Assembly (NCBI RefSeq): GCF_000186885.1
Contig: NC_014972.1
Location: forward strand, 330,001-362,000
Source of the DNA: Desulfobulbus propionicus DSM 2032
Lineage (GTDB): Bacteria; Desulfobacterota; Desulfobulbia; Desulfobulbales; Desulfobulbaceae
DNA: 32,000 nt
Reading direction: 5' to 3'
The notes below the pieces were generated by a model. That model made no database searches. It was not told the origin of the DNA and saw only the letters and a list, made by a program, of their open reading frames with translations. Below, in pieces: positions 1-8,856 of the stretch (positions within the stretch are counted from its first letter, which is position 1; the number at the start of each line of letters is the position of its first letter). Position numbers and translations under genes: made by a program.

Positions 1-681
1 AGCGGCTACATGGTCTATTCCATGAAAGAAGAACTCAGCCAGCTGTCAATTCTCCCGACCAATTGGGGCCTTCCCTTCCTGGTTGCAGGACTTGGTCAAC
101 TCTACATTGCCAGGGTCGGCTCGGAATATTTTCTCCAAAGAACTTCCCTTATTCTTGTGTTGCTGGGAATAACTCTTTTCCTTTTAGGCAAGGCCATCAC
201 GAAAAAAGTGCTACTGCCGATCGCCTACCTTTTGTTCATGGTTCCGCTTCCAGCTATCATCTGGAACAAGATCGCTTTTCCTATGCAGCTTTTTTCCAGT
301 GCGATCACCGAAGAGGTGGTCAGGATGATTGGTATCCCTATTTTTCGTGAAGGCAATGTTCTCCACCTTGCGCAGACGACTTTGGAAGTCGTCGATGCCT
401 GCTCGGGCCTCCGCTCCTTGACCACCATGTTTGCCCTGGCCGCAGCCCTCGCCTGGTTCACCGACTTTGTCCAGTGGAAAAAATGGGTACTATTTTTTCT
501 GGCCGCTCCGGTTGCCATGTTTGCCAATATCGTGCGCCTCACTGCCACCGCAGGTTTAGCCAGTATCTATGGGGGAAAAGTGGCTCAGGGGTTTCTTCAT
601 GATTTTTCAGGGATATTTACTTTTGTACTCGGGCTGAGCCTGCTCATGTTGAGCAATAAGTTCCTGCTCAGAAAGAAATGA
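1..681 (+). CDS. Exosortase family protein, 5'-truncated by the window edge
   Basis: The frame is open from base 1 (SGYMVYSMKEEL...). It is a multi-TM protein with VPLP, EVVDACSGLRSL (catalytic Cys), NIVRLTATA (Arg) and FLHDFSG (His), the exosortase/archaeosortase Cys-Arg-His arrangement. Confidence 0.93.
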   Translation, partial: SGYMVYSMKEELSQLSILPTNWGLPFLVAGLGQLYIARVGSEYFLQRTSLILVLLGITLFLLGKAITKKVLLPIAYLLFMVPLPAIIWNKIAFPMQLFSSAITEEVVRMIGIPIFREGNVLHLAQTTLEVVDACSGLRSLTTMFALAAALAWFTDFVQWKKWVLFFLAAPVAMFANIVRLTATAGLASIYGGKVAQGFLHDFSGIFTFVLGLSLLMLSNKFLLRKK

Positions 682-747
682 TGACTCTTCTTATTATTAC
701 CGCATACTTCTTTTGACCTCATATCGTCCATAACATACGCTTCCTAT

Positions 748-1567
748 ATGACTTCAATCGACAACTATCTCACCATTGATGTTGAAGATTATTTTCAAGT
801 TTCGGCCTTTGAGGACATTATTCGAACCGACGATTGGGATGGAATGGAGCATAGAGTTGTGCGCAATACTGAAAATGTGCTCGAGTTATTGGATCAGTAC
901 GATACCAAAGCGACCTTTTTCATAGTTGGCTGGGTAGCTGAAAAATATCCTCATCTCGTTCGCAATATCCATAATCGGGGACACAGCATCGGTTGTCATA
1001 GCTACTGGCATCGTAAGGTGTATGACCTCTCCCCCGAGCAATTCAGAGATGACACCGCCAGAGTAAAAGCAATTTTAGAAGAAATTATCGGAGAACCGGT
1101 GCTTGGCTATCGTGCACCCAGTTATTCAATCACCGCCAATTCCTTGTGGGCAATTGACATTCTCAAGGAGCTCGGCTTTACCTACGACTCCTCGATTTTT
1201 CCCATCCACCACGACACCTACGGCATTCCCGACGCACCCCGTTTTGCCTACCGGCATGCCAATGGCCTACTCGAATACCCGATTTCCACGGCTATCCTGC
1301 TCGGTAGAAAAATTCCAGTTTCCGGGGGGGTATTTTCGGCTATTTCCTTATTGGTTTACTTATTTATGTCTTCAAAGAATCAACCACAACGATGAAAATC
1401 CATTCATATTTTATATTCATCCATGGGAAATAGACCCTCATCAGCCTCGCATGCATAATGCAAGATTGTTATCTCGGTTTCGTCACTACAACAATTTAGG
1501 TAAAACAAGATCCAGGCTAATGCGATTGTTAACAGATTTTGCTTTCACCTCCATACCTTTACAATAA
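748..1567 (+). pseudogene. XrtA/PEP-CTERM-associated polysaccharide deacetylase (DUF3473 type), frameshifted
   Basis: ORF 748-1395 encodes LTIDVEDYFQVSAFE...HSIGCHSYWHRKVYDL...GYRAPSYSI...YDSSIFPIHHDTYGIPDAP. The conserved C-terminus (YFRLFPYWFTY...FIFYIHPWEIDPHQPR) continues in another frame (ORF 1103-1567). The switch is at the G7 run 1324-1330. Confidence 0.88.
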
Positions 1568-1666
1568 CTTTTAAAAGATATCTTTATTGTATGGTTATTG
1601 GAATTGGCATGAATTTAATTGTGTAAATATCACAAACGCACTAATTGAATCTGGATAGCAATTTTT

Positions 1667-2707
1667 ATGATCATCAATAAAGCGGTTGAGACAGATCGGA
1701 AAAAATGGGATAACTATGCGTTATCACACCCCGATGCAACGCCCTATCATCTTTGGGCCTGGAAAGAAGCGGTTGAAACGGCTTATGGTCACAAAGCACA
1801 CTACCTAATAGCAGAAGAACAAGGCAAAGTTCGCGGTATACTTCCGCTTTTCCAGTTAAAATTATTTTTTCTGCAAAACCAATTGGTTTCACTCCCATTT
1901 TGTGATGTGGCCGGTCCTATTGCGGACGATTATCTCACACGTGACAGACTTCTCGACAAGGCACAACAAGCAGCAGCGCAATATAAAGCGACCACAGTTG
2001 AACTTCGAACCAGATTATCTCATCAATCAACAATTTTTAATAATAGCAAAGTATCAATGCTTCTGTCCCTGCCTGCTGATCCAAAGGAACTTTGGAATAG
2101 TTTTAGATCAAAACTGCGCAGCCAAATATTAAAAGCTGAAAAAAACGGTCTCATGTTTCGGCTCGGGGAGGGGGATGAGGATATAAAATCATTTTATCAG
2201 GTGTTTAGCCAAAACATGCTCGAATTGGGCTCACCAGTCCATTCCAAATATTTTTTTGCCTCCATCCTTAAAAGTTACGGTGGCTCTTGTCGGATGGGAT
2301 TGGTATTTCTCGACGAAAAACCAATTGGTTGCGGAATCATCCTTTTCTGCGGTACACACACAGCAATCCCTTGGGCTTCAACCATTCGCAAATACAACAA
2401 ATTGGGCCCAAATATGTTATTATACTGGAATTTATTGCAATTCTCCATAAAAGCCGGAGCGAATCTTTTTGACTTTGGCCGCTCAACCCCAAATAGTGGC
2501 ACATACCGATTCAAAGCTCAATGGGGAGCTCAGCCAAACCCCTTACACTGGGATAAGTTACCCGTCGATATCAACCAATATGCCAGCCCAGCATCTCTGA
2601 AACAGCATGGCGTAAATCGGCAGTTAGCAGCAAACCTGTGGAGCAAGCTTCCACTGTCTATTGCTAATTTAATTGGCCCAAAACTCAGACAATATATCAG
2701 TTTATAA
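1667..2707 (+). CDS. FemAB-like protein of the XrtA/PEP-CTERM-associated type (GNAT/peptidyltransferase-like fold)
   Basis: 346 aa; HPDATPYHLWAWKEAVETAYGHKAHYLIAEE...GILPLF...LVSLPFCDVAGPIAD...LRSQILKAEKNGL...LFDFGRSTPNSGTYRFKAQWGAQP is characteristic of this family. Confidence 0.88.
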   Translation: MIINKAVETDRKKWDNYALSHPDATPYHLWAWKEAVETAYGHKAHYLIAEEQGKVRGILPLFQLKLFFLQNQLVSLPFCDVAGPIADDYLTRDRLLDKAQQAAAQYKATTVELRTRLSHQSTIFNNSKVSMLLSLPADPKELWNSFRSKLRSQILKAEKNGLMFRLGEGDEDIKSFYQVFSQNMLELGSPVHSKYFFASILKSYGGSCRMGLVFLDEKPIGCGIILFCGTHTAIPWASTIRKYNKLGPNMLLYWNLLQFSIKAGANLFDFGRSTPNSGTYRFKAQWGAQPNPLHWDKLPVDINQYASPASLKQHGVNRQLAANLWSKLPLSIANLIGPKLRQYISL

Positions 2708-2708
2708 A

Positions 2709-4985
2709 ATGATTTTCATTTTATTAGGGGTTGCTTGCATATCCTTAGGAATTCTTTTCTATGTGTATTTGGGATATCCAATATTTATTCTCTTTCTCTC
2801 TCTTCTTCTTCCCAATAAATCTATCAGAAAAGCGCGCATAACACCTTCTGTATCTTTTATTATTTCATGTTATAATGAAGAAGCAGTTATAGAAAAAAAA
2901 ATAAAAAATACCCTGTCGTTGGATTATCCAAAGGATAAAATTGAAATCATCGTTATTTCTGATGGTTCTACCGATAAAACAGATGAAATTGTCAAGCAAT
3001 ATGATGTTCAAGGTGTGAAATTGATCCGCCAGGAAGGCCGGCTTGGTAAAACCATGGGAATTAATCTCGCCATGAAGGAGGCAACTGGTGAAATTGTCGT
3101 TTTTTCAGATGCCAATGCCATCTTTCATCAAGATGCAATAACAAATTTGGTAGCAAATTTCGCAGATCACCGAATTGGGTATGTAGTCGGAGAAGCCCGA
3201 TATAATGATATTACCGAAACCGCTGCATCTAAAAGCGAAAGTACCTATTGGCGTTACGAAATTTTATTAAAGACCGCAGAGAGCAGGTTGCACTCCATCG
3301 TGGGCGGTGACGGAGCAATTTACGCGATTCGACGAGTTCTTTACAAAGAATTGCTCCCAACCGATATTAACGATTTTGTCAACCCCCTTCAAATTATCAT
3401 TCAAGGATACAGAGGTGTTTATGAACCAAACGCAATCTGTGAGGAAGAAACTTCCGGCAGATTTGACAAAGAGATTGGACGTAAAATCAGGATTGTTAAT
3501 CGCAGTTTCAGTGGATTGATGCGTGTTAAGGCCGTAATGAATCCGTTACGCACGGGTTTTTACAGCATTCAGATCATCTCCCATAAACTGCTTCGATGGT
3601 TCGCCCCCCTGTTCCTCGCATCGTTCTGGGGAGCCAGTGTGGCTCTTTCTTTTTTCACTTGGCAAAGCGCCTTTCTTTTCCAGGCAATAACGCTTGTTTC
3701 TCTCATCTTTTTGGCATGTTCTTACATTGGCTATATATTTTCTGGTGATCCTCGGCTCTGGCCAGTTTTTGCTTTTCCCTATTATTTCATTGCAGTCAAT
3801 ATTGCGGCGTTTATCGGCGTAGTTCGCAGTTTAAAAGGATCGATTCAGACAACATGGCAGCCGGTTCGTGAAGCTGATTCCTCGCCTGGGCGCTCCTTAA
3901 CTCTTTCCATCGTCGTCCATGTATGCCTCATCCTTCTATTGATTCTCGGTTTCTCCCTCTTTGAGCAGGCCACGGATTGGAGCCTGATATCCCTGTATAT
4001 TCTTTTTTTCCTCTCCCTCACAGTGCCCCTCTATGTTTATTTCGGATATCCTTTGGCCCTTTGCCTTATGAAGAGCAAAGACACAACGAAAAAAAATTAC
4101 AGCAACGTTCTCCCGAGTATAACTCTGCTTATCTGTGCGTATAACGAGGAGAATGTGATTGAGGAAAAAATATGCAATAGTCTTGAGTTAGATTATCCGG
4201 CCGATAAATTCAAAGTAATTCTCGCCTCCGACGGATCAAACGACCAAACTGTAGCCTTGGCACGTCTCCATGAGGACGATCGTCTTCTGATTATTGATTA
4301 TCCTGAGCGAAGAGGAAAAATTGGCGCCTTGCTGGCAACTGTGCCTTTAATAGAGTCAGAGATTATCGTTTTTTCAGACGCCAATACAATGCTCCAGCCC
4401 AAGGCACTTCAACTGTTTGCTCAAGATTTTCTGGACGCACAAGTTGGGGGAGTGAGTGCCAATGTTGTGCTTAAGAACCATGACACCACTTTTGGTGCAT
4501 CTGAATCGCAGTACTATGCCATTGAACGCTGGATTCAGCTCAAGGAATCGCAAATCGGTTCGATTATTGGTGCAGACGGGGGGTTGTACGCTATCCGTCG
4601 TGCCCTTTTCGTTCCACCATCCGCCAATATCATTCTCGATGACTTTGTGATCTCCATGAACGTGGCTAAACAAGGATATAAGTTTATTTACGATCCAGAG
4701 ATCGTGGCCACCGAAAAGGGCAGCAGCGACCATTTTGCCGAGTTCCGCCGCAAGACACGGGTTATGGCCGGCGCTTTTCAGGCGCTCAGTCAATATGAGG
4801 GTATTCCATCGATGGGGGATGGCACGCTCTTTTTCTGTTTCGTTTCCCACAAATTACTTCGCTGGCTGGTTCCTTTTTTTCTACCTTTTCTGCTGGTTTC
4901 CAATGCCCTCATAGTCATTGTGTCACCGCAATCGTTTTTCTTTATGGCGACTCTCTGTGGCCAGACGATCTTTTGGGTTTCTTGA
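2709..4985 (+). pseudogene. Tandem double-domain GT2 glycosyltransferase, main 5' part; 3' end displaced by IS insertion
   Basis: Two consecutive GT2 copies: SVSFIISCYNEEAVIEKKIKNTLSLDYPKDKIEIIVISDGSTDKT...GGDGAIYAIRR and SITLLICAYNEENVIEEKICNSLELDYPADKFKVILASDGSNDQT...GADGGLYAIRR. The native frame is lost at 4975, where the IS begins; the last residues read into the IS. Confidence 0.88.
4971..4974. repeat. Left copy of 4-bp target site duplication (TTTT)
   Basis: TTTT immediately before the left inverted repeat; matched by TTTT at 6292-6295. Merging the two copies restores the glycosyltransferase frame (ATC TTT TAT CTG = I F Y L). Confidence 0.8.
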
Positions 4986-6291
4986 AAATTAAATGCAGTA
5001 GCCTGCGACAAGTTTAACTATCAAATTGTTGATTTTGTGTAAATATGTTACATTCTTCATCGTTTTAAGGCCGCATCCGCCAACCATCACCCGATGGAGA
5101 TCAGCCATGATCCAGCCCGGCTTTTTTGATTTGCAGGACCGATTGCACAAAATCGACAAGAACGGCGACCCACTTGCCAAGATCAACGAGACGGTCAACT
5201 GGGAGATGTTTCGTCCTGCGCTCGAAAAGGCCAGGGACAAGGGCCGGCAGTCTACGGTCGGGCCGAAGGGGTACGACGTCATCCTGCTGTTTAAGATTCT
5301 CATCCTGCAGTCGTTGTACAATCTGTCGGATGACGCGACCGAGTTTCAGATTCTCGACCGGCACTCCTTTGGGCGCTTTCTTGGTCTGCACATCAGCCAG
5401 AAGGTTCCCGATGCCACCACCATCTGGCGTTTTCGGGAAGACCTCGTCAAGGCCGGCATTGTAGAGGAACTGTTTGCGACCTTCGATGCGCATCTCCGGG
5501 ACAACGGCTTCATGGCGATGAAAGGGCAGATCGTGGATGCCAGCATTGTCAGCGTGCCCAAACAGCGGAACAGCCGGGAGGAAAATGCCCGGATCAAAGA
5601 GGGCGACATCCCGGAGAACTGGTCCGAGAACAAGCGGCGTAGAAAAGACGCGGACGCGCGCTGGACCAAGAAGAACGGCAAGTCTTATTACGGCTACAAG
5701 AACCACATCTCGGTGGATGTGAAGCACAAGTTGATTCGCAGCTATGCCGTGACCGATGCGGCCCTGCACGACAGCAACGTGTTCGAGCAACTCCTTGCCG
5801 ACAATACGAGCAAGGACGTCTGGGCGGATTCGGCCTATCGATCCGCGGATCGATTGGAGCGCCTCGGCCAGGATGGTTTTCGTGAACACATCCAACGCAA
5901 GGGGAGCCGCAATCGTCCCTTGACGCCCAGAGAACAGGAGGGCAACCGAACCAGATCCAAGGTCCGTTCGCGAATCGAGCATGTCTTTGGTGTACAGGCG
6001 CAGCGAGCGGGGAATGTACTGTTGCGCACGATCGGCATAGCCCGAGCCCGAGCAAAGATCGGCTTGCGCAACTTGGTGTATAACATTGACCGAATGGGGA
6101 TGCTTCTGGCTGCAAGCAGGTGAAGTGTGCCCGGAGTGCGGCAAACTGGCAAAAGACCGCCATCGAGCACAGAGCGAGGCACCGCCAAGGTGCAAAACCG
6201 ATCGGATTAAAAGCCAGAAGAGCATGGTCTTTGTGAATAAAATTGTCGGTGAATGGTGCCGGGGCTTGCTAAGCTAAATTTCAAGATTCCC
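4975..6291 (+). mobile_element. IS5-like insertion sequence, 1317 bp
   Basis: Left end 4975-4991 GGGTTTCTTGAAAATTA versus reverse complement of right end 6275-6291 GGGAATCTTGAAATTTA (14/17 identical). Flanked by TTTT duplications and contains one full transposase ORF. Confidence 0.9.
5107..6123 (+). CDS. IS5 family transposase (DDE)
   Basis: MIQPGFFDLQDRLHKIDKNGDPLAKIN...QIVDASIVSVPKQRN...YYGYKNHISVDVKHKLIRSYAVTDAALHDSNVFEQLL...VWADSAYRS...RSRIEHVFGVQ. The tracked ORF begins at 5026, but ATG 5107 matches the usual family start. Confidence 0.93.
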   Translation: MIQPGFFDLQDRLHKIDKNGDPLAKINETVNWEMFRPALEKARDKGRQSTVGPKGYDVILLFKILILQSLYNLSDDATEFQILDRHSFGRFLGLHISQKVPDATTIWRFREDLVKAGIVEELFATFDAHLRDNGFMAMKGQIVDASIVSVPKQRNSREENARIKEGDIPENWSENKRRRKDADARWTKKNGKSYYGYKNHISVDVKHKLIRSYAVTDAALHDSNVFEQLLADNTSKDVWADSAYRSADRLERLGQDGFREHIQRKGSRNRPLTPREQEGNRTRSKVRSRIEHVFGVQAQRAGNVLLRTIGIARARAKIGLRNLVYNIDRMGMLLAASR

Positions 6292-6295
6292 TTTT
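6292..6295. repeat. Right copy of 4-bp target site duplication (TTTT)
   Basis: Directly follows the right inverted repeat (...CAAGATTCCC|TTTT). Confidence 0.8.
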
Positions 6296-6471
6296 ATCTG
6301 TTTGCCCTGTCAGGTTTTTTGTTTAAAAGACATATCCCTTTTCGTATCATCGCCTTTCCGTTTTATTTCTGCCTGGTTAATGGAGCTATACTGCTTGGAT
6401 TTTATAAAGGATTTCTCGGAGAACAATCCGTCAAGTGGCGTACGGAAAGGGGGGCTAAATGTGCGGAATAG
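6296..6471 (+). pseudogene. Displaced C-terminal remnant of the double GT2 glycosyltransferase
   Basis: Reads YLFALSGFLFKRHIPFRIIAFPFYFCLVNGAILLGFYKGFLGEQSVKWRTERGAKCAE, a typical end of membrane GT2 proteins. 2709-4974 (2266 nt) plus 6296-6471 (176 nt) equals 2442 nt, which is 813 codons plus stop. Confidence 0.88.
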
Positions 6472-8348
6472 CCGGGGCAACCCGGAATTTGTTAGGGAGT
6501 GATCCTCATCAAACTCTCCACTGGATGAATGATGCCATGCTGCATCGAGGTCCGGACATGGGAGAGATCCATTTGGACGAGGCCATCGGCCTTTGTCATC
6601 GTCGCCTGTCGATCATCGATCTCAGCGAAGACGGCAGGCAACCTATGTCGAGCAGTGATGGTCGGTTCGCCATTGTGTTTAATGGCGAAATTTATAATTT
6701 TCCTGCCTTGCGCAAGGAGCTTGAGAAGAAAGGTCATCTTTTTCGCAGTAGAACCGACACCGAAGTTCTATTGGCGCTTTATCAGGAAGAAGGCACGATT
6801 GGCCTGCAGAAAATCAGGGGCATGTACGCCTATGCCATTTGGGACAAGGAAAAAAAAGAGCTATTTGCGGCTCGAGACCGTATCGGCAAAAAACCGCTCT
6901 ATTTTTTTCATGACGGTGACAGGTTCGCCTTTGCCTCGGAAATCAAATCCTTGCTTGCCATCCCTTCAATCAAGCCCAAATTTGACCCCACCGCCTTGGT
7001 TGATTATCTTAAATATCTCTTTATCCCTCATCCAAAAAGCATTTACAGCAATATTCACAAACTCGCTCCTGGGCATTTTCTGCTGTTCAAAAATGGCAGG
7101 GTCCATATCGAGGAGTATTGGGATGTTGATTTTTCCGAAACGAGCAATGCAAGTGAAGAGGAATTGACCGAAGAGTTGCTGACGATCATAGAAGAAGCGG
7201 TGCAATGCCGATTGCTTTCCGATGTCCCGCTGGGGGCGTTCTTGAGCGGCGGGATTGATTCCTCCGGTGTGGTGGCCTTGATGAACAGGTTGCAGCCGGA
7301 CCCAGTCATAACCTGCACTATCGGTTTTAAGGACAAATCCTATAACGAGGCGGAAGAGGCCAAGACGTTTGCCTTCTCCCTGGGGGCCAGGCACCATGAG
7401 TATTATGTGGAGGATGAGCCGGCTCAGGTGATCAAAAAGCTGGTGTGGCATTTTGATGAGCCTTTTGCCGACTCATCCATGGTACCGACCTATTACGTTT
7501 CGCAAATGGCCCGCAAAAATGTGACCGTTGCCTTGTCAGGCGATGGAGGCGACGAAAATTTTGCCGGCTACGGAAAATACGCCATCGATCAGTTTGAAAA
7601 CAGAGTTCGACAGCACGTACCGTCTCCCCTTCTTCGCCTGCTTGCCTCATTTTCCGGTTCAATGCTCTCCGGAAGCAGGGTGGGGAAAAAGCTCCACTCC
7701 CTTAGTTCGTCCGCCCTGTTGAGTCCGGCTCAGGGATTTTATGTCACCAATACCTTTATCAGCGACAGCCAGTTGCAGACGCTGCTTGCCCCGGAGTTGT
7801 TGGCACAGGTCAGGGACTACGATCCAGCTGGGCATATCCTTGGTTATTACAATCGGGCCCATGGGCCAGATCATCTTGCTGCTATTCTCTACACAGATCT
7901 TAAATTGCTGCTCCCTGGCGACTTTCTTGTCAAGGTAGATAGGATGAGCATGGCCAATTCCCTGGAAGTCCGATCACCGCTTCTCGATCAAAAAGTGATC
8001 GAGTTTGCCGCTCGCATTCCCTCTCGGTTCAAGCTGCACGGCCGCGAAAAAAAATATATCCTGAAAAATGCGTTGCGCGGTGTTTTGCCATCACAGGTCC
8101 TGCAGCGCAAAAAACACGGATTCGAATCTCCCATCAACAAGTGGTTCCGCCACGAATTGCGTTCAATGGCCGAAACGTATCTTCTGTACAATGAGGCCAT
8201 GGCCTCATTTTTCAACATCCATGCCATCAAGCAACTATGGGAGCAACACCAGACCGGCAAGCAGGACCACGGCACCCTCCTGTGGACCCTATTTGTCTTT
8301 GCCCTCTGGCAAGAACAGTGGATTGCAGGCGGTGCTGTTCATGTTTGA
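6459..8348 (+). CDS. Asparagine-synthase-like glutamine amidotransferase, XrtA/PEP-CTERM-associated type
   Basis: 629 aa starting MCGIAGATRN with N-terminal nucleophile Cys2; MLHRGPDMGE, LSIIDLSEDGRQPMSS, VPLGAFLSGGIDSSGVVALM, TVALSGDGGDENFAGYGKY. Confidence 0.93.
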   Translation: MCGIAGATRNLLGSDPHQTLHWMNDAMLHRGPDMGEIHLDEAIGLCHRRLSIIDLSEDGRQPMSSSDGRFAIVFNGEIYNFPALRKELEKKGHLFRSRTDTEVLLALYQEEGTIGLQKIRGMYAYAIWDKEKKELFAARDRIGKKPLYFFHDGDRFAFASEIKSLLAIPSIKPKFDPTALVDYLKYLFIPHPKSIYSNIHKLAPGHFLLFKNGRVHIEEYWDVDFSETSNASEEELTEELLTIIEEAVQCRLLSDVPLGAFLSGGIDSSGVVALMNRLQPDPVITCTIGFKDKSYNEAEEAKTFAFSLGARHHEYYVEDEPAQVIKKLVWHFDEPFADSSMVPTYYVSQMARKNVTVALSGDGGDENFAGYGKYAIDQFENRVRQHVPSPLLRLLASFSGSMLSGSRVGKKLHSLSSSALLSPAQGFYVTNTFISDSQLQTLLAPELLAQVRDYDPAGHILGYYNRAHGPDHLAAILYTDLKLLLPGDFLVKVDRMSMANSLEVRSPLLDQKVIEFAARIPSRFKLHGREKKYILKNALRGVLPSQVLQRKKHGFESPINKWFRHELRSMAETYLLYNEAMASFFNIHAIKQLWEQHQTGKQDHGTLLWTLFVFALWQEQWIAGGAVHV

Positions 8349-8856
8349 GAACATCAAGGCCGACATAGCCCGGCTCGGGGATGGCAAAGCATCCTGGCGC
8401 GCCTTGGCGCGCGGTCTGCTTTCCCAGGGATTTCAGGCGATTTTGGTGTACCGCTTTTTTCATTGGTTGCATACGCTCAACATACCTGCCCAACCTGTCC
8501 GCTTTCTGGTCGAACGGACAATCGAGATCACCACCGGGATCTCCATCCCTGCAAAATGTGACATTGGCAAAGGCCTGCGAATTCATCATTTTGGCGGAGT
8601 CATACTCCACCCCACCACCAGGCTGGGAGACAACTGCACCCTCTACCATCATGTCACCATCGGTGACCGCGGAGGGCACGGTGGCGCGGCCTCTATCGGC
8701 AACAATGTGATGATCGGTGCAGGTGCCAAGATCATTGGCGAAATTACCATTGGCGATGGATGCAAGATCGGCGCCAATGCGGTTGTCAACTGTGACATGC
8801 CCCCTGATTCTACCGCCACATCTCCGCCGATCATTTTGAAAAGACGTCAGGAATGA
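8341..8856 (+). CDS. Serine O-acetyltransferase-like hexapeptide-repeat acetyltransferase
   Basis: ATG 8341 overlaps the preceding stop; IEITTGISIPAKCDIGKGLRIHHFGGVILHPTTRLGDNCTLYHHVTIGDRGG...IGNNVMIGAGAKIIGEITIGDGCKIGANAVVNCDMP. Confidence 0.88.
   Translation: MFENIKADIARLGDGKASWRALARGLLSQGFQAILVYRFFHWLHTLNIPAQPVRFLVERTIEITTGISIPAKCDIGKGLRIHHFGGVILHPTTRLGDNCTLYHHVTIGDRGGHGGAASIGNNVMIGAGAKIIGEITIGDGCKIGANAVVNCDMPPDSTATSPPIILKRRQE

Noticed and set aside
1590-1640. Possible sigma-54 (-24/-12) promoter upstream of the FemAB-like gene (TTGGCATGAATTT...)
   Set aside because: The -12 TTGC element is not present at correct spacing; the match is too weak to call.
5101-6225. 374-aa open frame on the minus strand
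   Set aside because: It lies antisense to the transposase across nearly its whole length. It has low-complexity Arg/His/Val-rich composition and no recognisable domain; shadow ORF.
6086-6277. Small ORF after the transposase containing CPECGK, possibly a zinc-binding accessory or extended transposase C-terminus
   Set aside because: Only one CxxC pair. It lies within the IS end region and runs into the right inverted repeat; not enough support for a real product.
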